NCBI GenBank assembly: GCA_038228545.1
Contig: JBBRPE010000001.1
Location: 110,924 to 174,923 of the forward strand
Source of the DNA: Minisyncoccia bacterium
Lineage (GTDB): Bacteria; Patescibacteriota; Minisyncoccia; Phycocordibacterales; Phycocordibacteraceae
Length of the DNA: 64,000 bases
Direction: 5' to 3'
The position numbers and the translations under genes were made by a program. Below, in pieces: positions 16,823 to 24,897 of the stretch. The notes beneath the pieces were generated by a model, which was not told the DNA's origin, did not search any database, and saw nothing but the letters and a program-made list of their open reading frames with translations. How positions within the stretch are numbered: position 1 is the stretch's first letter; every line of letters begins with the position of its first letter.

Positions 16823-19800
16823 TTAACCCTCGACTACCTGGAGTGCACGAGTCACCGCCATCTTCACTCCGGTAACGCCAGCTGAGTAGCTAGAGTCAAC
16901 TGCAGTTGAGAGCGAGGATACGAGGCGCTCAAGGAAGCTTGGTGCGCAGCCGGCAGTTGCCTGTGCAATTTCCGGATGTACAGCCGTTCCGTCAGTGTGT
17001 GCACGGAATGCATCATCGAGTGCAACAACTACATGGGTGAGGAACGCCTGTGCGTCGCCGCCTGTCTTGTTGATATCGCGAATGATTGCAAATACCGTTT
17101 CCTTTTCACCGGCGACAAGCGCCTTAATGAAGGAAGGTACGTCCTGAGAAATTACCTTCGCGACTGGTACTTCTACAGTATGAGCCACCGGAGCGGTCAT
17201 GACGGTTATCTGTTCTACCACATTAGCGATAGGAGTTGCATGTTGCGTCGGTGCGACGTAGCTGTGAGTCTCCGTCTCACGAGAGAGTCCCTTCACGATG
17301 TCGTCTACCGTAAGAGTGCCGTTGTCAGCGAGGGCCTTGAAACCTTCGTACGACGAGTAGGTACGAGATGCTACCGGACGAACTGGAGCAGCTACTGAGT
17401 GCATAGCGGGTACGTATGCGACCTGTGTGTGAGCAACTGGTGCGTGCGCTATAGGCGCATAGACCGGCTCGTTTACCGCGTAGCTCATTTCGCCACCGAA
17501 GATTCCCATGCGACGGAGTGCGAACGGAAGTGCGTTACCAAGAACGAGGTACGCAATCGCAAGGCTCCAGAGCACGAGCATGAGCCAGTAGAGCGCCGTG
17601 CCAACAGGACCCAGGTCGAGACCGGTGTACGGAAGGTCAGCGAGGTACACGTACGAGACTGGGTTTCCTGTTACCGGAAGCGAGTCGAGTACGATGTGCG
17701 GCTGAGTAGTATCGACACGGAGTGTTGCAGAACACGTGATGACGTTACCGTTCGTTCCATAGAACGTACCTACGTAGGTGTAGACTCCCTGGCCGTTTGG
17801 AGAGACAGAGCGAGAGCCGCTCGCGTTCACGTCCCCGATACCCTGGTCAAGATGAACGTTATTCGTGTTCGTACTGTTCCAGTAGATGCGTGCGCTGTCA
17901 CCACTGCTGATGTTCGACGGCGATACGCTGAGGGTACACGACGGTCCTGGATTGTACGTATTCGTCGAGACGGTTGTTGCACACGTTACTGTGCCACCTG
18001 CGCCGGTAGCTGTACCAGTGTAGGTACGAGAACCTCCCGGAGTAACGGTGACTGCACCGCCCGTAACGGGACTCATAGAACCGACACCCTGGTCAATGAC
18101 GAATGACGTTGCGTTTGTGGTATTCCACGTAAGCGTCGTCTGGCCATTGCTGTTGATGCTTCCCGGGTTAGCAGAGAGCGTACAGGTCGGGCTTGGCGTC
18201 ACGACAACAACCGTTGCAGGACACGTAATCGTACCGCCTGCACCGGACGCTGTAAGAGCGTAGTTAGTGGTATGCGTCGGCGTTATGTTGCCACTGCCTG
18301 AGGTTGCTACGTTCGAAGAATTCGTTCCGTCCGCAAGCGTTACAGTCGTAGCGTTCGCAGTCGTCCAAATGAGGGTAGAAGAACCACCATAGTTCACGCT
18401 TGCTGGGCTAGCCGAGAGCGTACAGGTAGGAGCAGGTGGTGGCTGCGTTACCGTAACGGTAATCGGAGCAGGACATACGACCGTTCCACCAGGGCCAGTA
18501 GCCGTGAGTGTATAGGTCGTGGTCTGAGTAGGAGCTACGTTGCGGGAAGCCGCCGTTGCTACCGCTCCGATGCCCTGATTAATCGATACGCTCGTAGCGT
18601 TGTTGGTCGTCCACGAAAGCGTGGATGCACCTCCCTGCTGAATAACCTGTGGCGTTGCCGTAAGAGTACAGGTTGGAGCCTCTGGTGTTACAACGACGAT
18701 AGTCGTTGAACAATTTACCGAGGTGCTATTCGCACCCGTAGCCGTGAGGGTGTACGTCGTGGTTACGCTTGGCGCAACTGCAACTGAACCGTTTACAGAG
18801 ACAGTACCAACGCTTGAGATGCTTACTGCAGATGCGTTGCTCGTCGTCCAGGAAAGCGTTGCCGCTGAGCCCTGGGTGATTGAGGTCGGAACTGCAGAGA
18901 GCGTACAGCTTGGGTTCGATGGTGGAACCACATAGATGATGGTCTGACAGGTAGCAGTGCCGCCTGCACCCGAAACTGTAAGCGTGTAGGTTGAGCTCGC
19001 ACCAGGGGAGACAACTGTTGACCCGCCTGATACTGGTGAGATTGAACCGACACCCGAGAGTGAACCCGAAGTAGCGTTCACGCTCGTCCACGTAATGGTC
19101 GAACTACCTCCCTGCTGGATTGAGTTTGGCGAAGCGGTGAGCGTACAGGAAGGAGTTGGAGGAACGATGGTTACGACTACTGTTGTAGAACAGTGCGCAA
19201 CGCCACCAGGACCAACTGCCGTACCGGTGTAGGTCGTGGTCTGACTTGGCCACACACCGATGGAACCGCCCTGTACTGACTGAACATTTCCGATACCCTG
19301 GTCAACCGAGAAACTCGTTGCGCCAGACGTTGTCCATGAAAGATTCGATGAACCTCCCTGCTGGATGTTGTTTGGAGATGCGTTAAGCGTACAAATCGGA
19401 GGATTTGGCTGAACAACGGTTACCGTTGCCTGACAATTCACCGTACCGTTTGCACCAGTTGCCGTAAGTCCGTAGGTTGTCGTTTGTGATGGAGATACCA
19501 GTACCGAGCCGCCGAGCGATACGCTTCCGAGAGTCGAAATAGTAACGCTGTTTGCGTTCGTGGTTGACCATGAAAGTGTTGCGCTGTTTCCAGCAAGTAC
19601 GGACGTCGGACTAGCCGAGAGCGTACAGGTTGGTGGCTGTGGTGGCTGATTCACCGTAATGGTGGTCTGACAATTAACGCTACCGCCATTACCAGTTGCA
19701 GTAAGGGTGTAGGTTGTCGTGCCCCACGGGGTCACGTTCATTGAGCCGCCTGGAGAAACCGCACCGATGCCCTGATTAATCGATACGCTCGTTGCGTTAG

Positions 19801-21340
19801 AGGTCGTCCAAGAAAGAGTGGACGCACCACCGGTCGTAATCGATGTTGGGTTCGCATTAAGCGTACAGGTTGGTGGCTGTGGTGGCTGATTCACCGTAAC
19901 GCTGGTGTAACAACGGACCGTGCCGCCTGCACCTGTTGCAGTGAGTGTGTAATTCGTCGTCTGTGCAGGTGCCACAGTACGGGAACCGAATGTGCCAACT
20001 GATCCGACACCCTGGTCGATAGTTACTGACGTAGCGTTCGTCGTTCCCCAGTTGAGGGTGGACGCGCCGCCGGTCGTAATAGACGAAGGACTTGCGGAGA
20101 GCGTACAGGTTGGTGGCTGTGGAGCCTGCGTTACGACAACCGTCGTGTTGCAGTTTGCCGTGCCTCCAGGACCCGTAACCGTAAGGGTGTAGGTTGTCGT
20201 TTGTGTTGGGGAAACCTGCACGGAACCGCCAGTCGAGACTGCGCCGAAGCCGGTAAGGCTTGCAGAGGTCGCGTTGTTCGATGTCCAAGAGACTACCGAA
20301 GACTGACCATTCTGAATCGAGGTTGGATTTGCAGAGATGGTACAGCTTGGAGCCTGTGGTGGCTGATTCACGGTAACGGTCGTGTAACAGTGGACAGTTC
20401 CACCATTGCCGCTAGCAGTAAGGTCGTACGTCGTCGTCTGTGTCGGGCTAACGTTGCGTGAGCCGTTCGAAGCAACTGCGCCTACTGTTGGTGAAATCGA
20501 AATGCTTGCTGCATTTGTCGTTCCCCAGTTGAGGGTAGATGCACCACCCGTCGTTATGGAAGCAGGGCTCGCCGTAAGCGTACATGTTGGGGAAGGAATC
20601 TGAGTCACCGTTACGGTTGCGTAACAATGGATAGTACCGCCGTTACCGATAGCCGTAAGGTCGTAAGACGTCGTCTGGGACGGCGACACGTTGCGTGAGC
20701 CGGACGTATTTACCGAACCAATGCTCTGATTAATAGAAACGCTGTTTGCGTTCGTGGTATTCCACGAAAGCGTCGAGCTTCCGCCATTCTGTATGGACGT
20801 CGGGTTTGCTGAGAGCGTACAGGTCGGAGCTGGCGTCGGAATGGTTACCGTAACGGTGGTCGTACAATGTACGGTTGTGCCGTTACTAGTAGCCGTAAGG
20901 TCATAGGTCGTCGTCTGTGACGGATTTACCGTACGTGAACCTGAGGTTCCAACTCCACCGATGCCCTGATCGATACTAACGGTATCAGCATTCTGCGTGG
21001 ACCATGAAAGATTTGAAGAATAGCCCTGAGTTATCGTCGACGGATTTGCGTCGAAGTTACAGGTAGGAGGAGGCAGGGGAGCCGGTGCTGGAGTCACGGG
21101 TGCCGGAGCTGGCGCCGGTGCTGGAGCAGGAGGTGGTGGTGGGGGTGGTGGGGGTGGTGGGGCCGGAGCAGGGGGCGGAGTACAGCACGGTGGAAGAACC
21201 TGCGCCATAACCTGCGTAGGTGTTACGAGTCCGGTTGCAAAAGCAATACCGACGCCTGCTGAGAAAACGGTAAGTACGGTAACGACACCGATAAGAATCG
21301 GGCGCTGCTTTGCGTAGGACATTGAAGTTTCGATGCTCAT
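16823..21340 (-). CDS. large surface protein: signal peptide, poly-Pro, 14 Cys-containing Ig/PKD-like repeats, LPYTG + TM helix, ~235-aa cytoplasmic tail
   Basis: ~80-aa repeats PTCTLSAxPxSI..G.SSTLSW.T.NA....YTLTA.G.GG...C; LPYTG at 17621-17635 followed by a hydrophobic helix and RR. Confidence 0.9.
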   Translation of the reverse strand: MSIETSMSYAKQRPILIGVVTVLTVFSAGVGIAFATGLVTPTQVMAQVLPPCCTPPPAPAPPPPPPPPPPPAPAPAPAPAPVTPAPAPLPPPTCNFDANPSTITQGYSSNLSWSTQNADTVSIDQGIGGVGTSGSRTVNPSQTTTYDLTATSNGTTVHCTTTVTVTIPTPAPTCTLSANPTSIQNGGSSTLSWNTTNANSVSINQSIGSVNTSGSRNVSPSQTTSYDLTAIGNGGTIHCYATVTVTQIPSPTCTLTASPASITTGGASTLNWGTTNAASISISPTVGAVASNGSRNVSPTQTTTYDLTASGNGGTVHCYTTVTVNQPPQAPSCTISANPTSIQNGQSSVVSWTSNNATSASLTGFGAVSTGGSVQVSPTQTTTYTLTVTGPGGTANCNTTVVVTQAPQPPTCTLSASPSSITTGGASTLNWGTTNATSVTIDQGVGSVGTFGSRTVAPAQTTNYTLTATGAGGTVRCYTSVTVNQPPQPPTCTLNANPTSITTGGASTLSWTTSNATSVSINQGIGAVSPGGSMNVTPWGTTTYTLTATGNGGSVNCQTTITVNQPPQPPTCTLSASPTSVLAGNSATLSWSTTNANSVTISTLGSVSLGGSVLVSPSQTTTYGLTATGANGTVNCQATVTVVQPNPPICTLNASPNNIQQGGSSNLSWTTSGATSFSVDQGIGNVQSVQGGSIGVWPSQTTTYTGTAVGPGGVAHCSTTVVVTIVPPTPSCTLTASPNSIQQGGSSTITWTSVNATSGSLSGVGSISPVSGGSTVVSPGASSTYTLTVSGAGGTATCQTIIYVVPPSNPSCTLSAVPTSITQGSAATLSWTTSNASAVSISSVGTVSVNGSVAVAPSVTTTYTLTATGANSTSVNCSTTIVVVTPEAPTCTLTATPQVIQQGGASTLSWTTNNATSVSINQGIGAVATAASRNVAPTQTTTYTLTATGPGGTVVCPAPITVTVTQPPPAPTCTLSASPASVNYGGSSTLIWTTANATTVTLADGTNSSNVATSGSGNITPTHTTNYALTASGAGGTITCPATVVVVTPSPTCTLSANPGSINSNGQTTLTWNTTNATSFVIDQGVGSMSPVTGGAVTVTPGGSRTYTGTATGAGGTVTCATTVSTNTYNPGPSCTLSVSPSNISSGDSARIYWNSTNTNNVHLDQGIGDVNASGSRSVSPNGQGVYTYVGTFYGTNGNVITCSATLRVDTTQPHIVLDSLPVTGNPVSYVYLADLPYTGLDLGPVGTALYWLMLVLWSLAIAYLVLGNALPFALRRMGIFGGEMSYAVNEPVYAPIAHAPVAHTQVAYVPAMHSVAAPVRPVASRTYSSYEGFKALADNGTLTVDDIVKGLSRETETHSYVAPTQHATPIANVVEQITVMTAPVAHTVEVPVAKVISQDVPSFIKALVAGEKETVFAIIRDINKTGGDAQAFLTHVVVALDDAFRAHTDGTAVHPEIAQATAGCAPSFLERLVSSLSTAVDSSYSAGVTGVKMAVTRALQVVEG

Positions 21341-21469
21341 GATTGTTTGGTTGAATGCTTGGTAATTTCGATAATAAATTGGTTCCCTGCCACCGAGGTG
21401 GCGTACAAAAAAAGAGAGAAGAGGGTGGTTGGGAGGTCGTCTGGGGACGACCTCCCTTCCTGAAGCGTT

Positions 21470-22471
21470 CTACTGCGGACAGTCTTCGAAGCGGAACCAC
21501 AAGTTGGTCCGCACGGAGCTGGCCCGAGCTTCTGCCTCGGAATTCCACACGATAGCCACTTCCTTGCGGTCGCGCTGTGCGTGGTATTCCGGAGGTTCGA
21601 CACCCATGCCACACGACGTCGTGCCGTCGTGCTCGGTCTTGCACAGCACGAGCCGGAGGCTCGCATCGTGCGCAAACCGAACCGGAACACGTACCGAGTA
21701 CCAGCCCGGAGTAACCCGGAGACAGCCACGGGAGTGAACCCGCATCTGCAGTGCGCTGGCGACGGCTGCAAAGTCGCAGTCTTCGTCACGCACCTGGTCG
21801 AGTGGCCGGTAGGCCCGTTCGGTGAAGGCGCCGTTTTGAAGCGGACCTTGAACGCCGATCGGGCACGCCGCTTCTTCTTGCGGCGTGATGTCTGTGGCGG
21901 CCATGGCCCCCACGTTCACCACATCGTCGTCGGCCGTTGTCCGAAACACCACGAACGCGCAGGGCGGCGGAGCGACAGGCGAGAGGCCCGGGTTGACGCA
22001 GTCAAGCTTCACGACGATGCGTCCGGTGATGCGGTCCCGAAAGACCTGCACGCCGGCAGCAATCCGCTGTGGCTGACACTGCATGAACACGTCGTCGGCT
22101 TCGCGGCTGTGACCGCGAACGCACGACGAGTAGTATTCGATGGAGTGGTCGACTTCGAAGCGCTCGACATCTTCCCGAAGGAAGCGAAGCATCTGGGCGA
22201 AGTCGCCGAGATGTTCGGATTCAGGATCCCCTTGGCGGAAAGCCGCGAGGAACTGAATCGGGTTAGCCACGCATCCGCGGAGCGGACGATGACCGGTCGA
22301 GTCGAGTCGAAGTGACTCCGTCATCCTGGTGGTGAGCTCCCCAATCGAGGGAAGTCCACCCGGACAGAAGGCGTGGTACGGATGTGTCGTTGCCTCTGCC
22401 GTTCCCGGCGCTCCCACCAAAGGCGGCAGCGCAAGAACGACTGAGGCGAGTAGCGCGGTGATGCGCTTCAT
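21470..22471 (-). CDS. secreted Cys-rich hypothetical protein
   Basis: GGAG SD before MKRITALLASVVLAL signal peptide; many Cys; visibly GC-richer than its neighbours. Confidence 0.75.
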   Translation of the reverse strand: MKRITALLASVVLALPPLVGAPGTAEATTHPYHAFCPGGLPSIGELTTRMTESLRLDSTGHRPLRGCVANPIQFLAAFRQGDPESEHLGDFAQMLRFLREDVERFEVDHSIEYYSSCVRGHSREADDVFMQCQPQRIAAGVQVFRDRITGRIVVKLDCVNPGLSPVAPPPCAFVVFRTTADDDVVNVGAMAATDITPQEEAACPIGVQGPLQNGAFTERAYRPLDQVRDEDCDFAAVASALQMRVHSRGCLRVTPGWYSVRVPVRFAHDASLRLVLCKTEHDGTTSCGMGVEPPEYHAQRDRKEVAIVWNSEAEARASSVRTNLWFRFEDCPQ

Positions 22472-22607
22472 TTTCTCAATCTCCCTTATAGCGCCGCCCC
22501 GGAATGGGACGGCATTGGTTGAACGAACGTAATTCCCCTCTTTGCTGTTGCAAAGTGGTATCTGTGCATGAGACGAGCTCATGAACAAATACCACTCAAC
22601 ACTCTTT

Positions 22608-23255
22608 TTACTGAATACTCACCAAGTGAGCAATAACAACGAAACGGTCTGACTTGGTAGCGAACGAATCGCAGGTGACAAGCGTAAGCTTGCTTCCCTC
22701 TACCGTAAGCGGCACACCGTCGTTCTGTGTATTCGCCTGTGCAACCGTCTCGATTTCGTAGACGTACGTCTTCCCTGCTCCTGTCACCAGAATCTGGTCA
22801 CCATGCGCAAGAGTCTGAATACCGTCGAATGCTTTGTAGGCCTGATTGTGGACGACGGGTAGGTAACTCGAGTGTCCGAAGATAACGACGTTCTTGCCGT
22901 TCTCACCAAGCGAGCCTGACGTTGGATAGCGCACAGCTCCATAGAGAAGATCGTTATCCAACACCTGTGCATTGGTACTCGTCGGATTAGCGACCGTTAC
23001 CGAAAGATTAATCTTTGGAATCGAAATCTTTTCCGGAAGCACTGCGGCTCCAGCAACTTCTGATTGCTGCTGTTGCTCGGTTAGCACCGGCGCCTGTGTG
23101 CCAGTCTTTGATGTGTCAGGGAGCAAGTCGAGTCCGGAAAGCGCAAGTACCGTGGTACCGAATATCACAAAGGCGAACGCAAGGAAGCTCCACTTCTTTG
23201 CGATAATGAGTGATATTCCGCCTTTCGGCTTGGCTGTGGTTGGGTTTGTGGACAT
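22608..23255 (-). CDS. sortase
   Basis: N-terminal TM anchor; catalytic His (IFGHSS), TLVTC, and Arg (DRFVV). Confidence 0.92.
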   Translation of the reverse strand: MSTNPTTAKPKGGISLIIAKKWSFLAFAFVIFGTTVLALSGLDLLPDTSKTGTQAPVLTEQQQQSEVAGAAVLPEKISIPKINLSVTVANPTSTNAQVLDNDLLYGAVRYPTSGSLGENGKNVVIFGHSSYLPVVHNQAYKAFDGIQTLAHGDQILVTGAGKTYVYEIETVAQANTQNDGVPLTVEGSKLTLVTCDSFATKSDRFVVIAHLVSIQ

Positions 23256-23377
23256 ATCGGTCTTATACATAAATACACTATAAAACAGGTAATGTCAAGT
23301 CCTCCCCATCCCCTACCTATTTTGACCCTGGGCGCTCGGTTTGACAAAGAATTGCGAGTGTGGTAATAAGTACGCAT

Positions 23378-24613
23378 ATGGAAACGACCCAGAATCACCC
23401 CCAGGTACAGACGACTAAGCGCGCTGCCGTAGGCGGCCTCGCAGTCGTCGGCTTTGTAGCGCTTATTCTTATTGGCATTGCAACTGCAATTTACGCAGCA
23501 TCCTTCCTTCCGAAGGCGTTCTCGAAGCTCTCTTCGGCAAACGTGTTCCTTTCGGGAATTGCCCAGCCAAACGACAACAATCAGCTCCAGGTGGTACAGC
23601 CAACAAACACCACGCCGGCTCCGACCTCTATTGTGCTTTCACCAGCAACCACGACCAACACTGTTATCACTCCTATCTATACACCTCCAGCACCGACCCC
23701 GACGTACACTGCTCCAGCGCCAAAGCCGACCTATACCGCTCCAGCAACACCGACGTACCATGTTGTCGCAGTTCCTGCTTCAACCAACTACACCGGACTT
23801 CCTGATCTTACGACGTCCATCATGTCGGTTGGGTACCTCCGCAACAACGGAGACACCAATTCCTTCGTCGCGGCTAATACCGTGCCAACGGGGCTTCAGG
23901 GTGCTGTTCGCTTCTCTATAGCTAACCGCGGAACAAACGTCTCTGCTCCATTTATCTTTGAGGCAAACATTCCAAGCGGCAACAGCTCAACGGTCTATCG
24001 TTCCCCATCTGAGCGTGCGCTCAATCCAGGCGATAGCGTTATCTTTACGCTCGGCTTCGACTCTACTCAGAGCGGAAGTCAGAACCTTCGTGTGACTGTT
24101 GATCCAAGCAACTACATTGCTGAATCAAACGAAAGCAACAACACTGGTACCGCTACTATTTACCTCAGTGGCAACTACAACAACTCGAATAACAATTCGA
24201 ACAACAACTCAAGTCAGTACGACAGCAACGGTACCTACTGTACGTACGGAACGTACTACTCAAATAGTCGTTACTACTGCAACTCAAGCTACAACGGTAA
24301 CAACAATTCGAATTCGAACACCAGCTCGTACGACAGCAATGGTCAGTATTGTACCTACGGGACGTACTCCTCAAGCGGTCGTTACTACTGCAACTCAAGC
24401 TACAACAGTAACGGTAACAACAATTCGAATCAGAACGATATCAACGGTCGCAATTGCCTCTACGGTACTTCCTACAGCAACGGTCAGTACTACTGCAACG
24501 CAAATACATACACTAATACTAATACCAACACCGGCAACAGTCAGTACGACAGCAACGGTCAGTATTGTGCCTACGGGACGTACTACTCGAACAATCGCTA
24601 TTACTGCTCCTAA
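23378..24613 (+). CDS. membrane-anchored CARDB-domain protein with C-terminal Tyr/Cys/Asn repeats
   Basis: N-terminal TM, Pro/Thr linker, PDLT...VDPSNYIAESNESNN (CARDB), 4x YDSNGxYCxYGTYxSxxRYYC. Confidence 0.85.
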   Translation: METTQNHPQVQTTKRAAVGGLAVVGFVALILIGIATAIYAASFLPKAFSKLSSANVFLSGIAQPNDNNQLQVVQPTNTTPAPTSIVLSPATTTNTVITPIYTPPAPTPTYTAPAPKPTYTAPATPTYHVVAVPASTNYTGLPDLTTSIMSVGYLRNNGDTNSFVAANTVPTGLQGAVRFSIANRGTNVSAPFIFEANIPSGNSSTVYRSPSERALNPGDSVIFTLGFDSTQSGSQNLRVTVDPSNYIAESNESNNTGTATIYLSGNYNNSNNNSNNNSSQYDSNGTYCTYGTYYSNSRYYCNSSYNGNNNSNSNTSSYDSNGQYCTYGTYSSSGRYYCNSSYNSNGNNNSNQNDINGRNCLYGTSYSNGQYYCNANTYTNTNTNTGNSQYDSNGQYCAYGTYYSNNRYYCS

Positions 24614-24667
24614 TTGGCAACGAGCTCCGCTCTTATAAAGTGATAGCCTTATTGACCTAAACTATTC

Positions 24668-24702
24668 ATGAAGAAGCCCCGCATACCGCAGGGCTTCTTC
24701 AT
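24668..24702. terminator. terminator-like hairpin between convergent genes
   Basis: ATGAAGAAGCCC/GGGCTTCTTCAT. Confidence 0.65.
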
Positions 24703-24718
24703 TTCACCCCCCTATCAT

Positions 24719-24897
24719 GGAGTGAGTGTGTGTGAATACCAGGAATAAGCTGAAAGCAGCCGAAGCATAACGAGTTGAGGAAAGAAATATCCGACCGAGG
24801 TCCTCGAGTGGCGGTATTTCTTGAACGAAACGACTATATGCTTCGTGCGCCCTGGAACGCCGGAGTCTTCCTGGCATTCACACACACGAACGAAACC
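24719..24897 (-). repeat. rod-like structured repeat, family A copy 2
   Basis: Homologous to 4965-5147, with compensatory stem changes. Confidence 0.85.

Noticed and set aside
24215-24613. CRISPR-like repeat/spacer pattern
   Set aside because: The repeats are in-frame coding units with Asn linkers, they are degenerate, and no cas genes are present.
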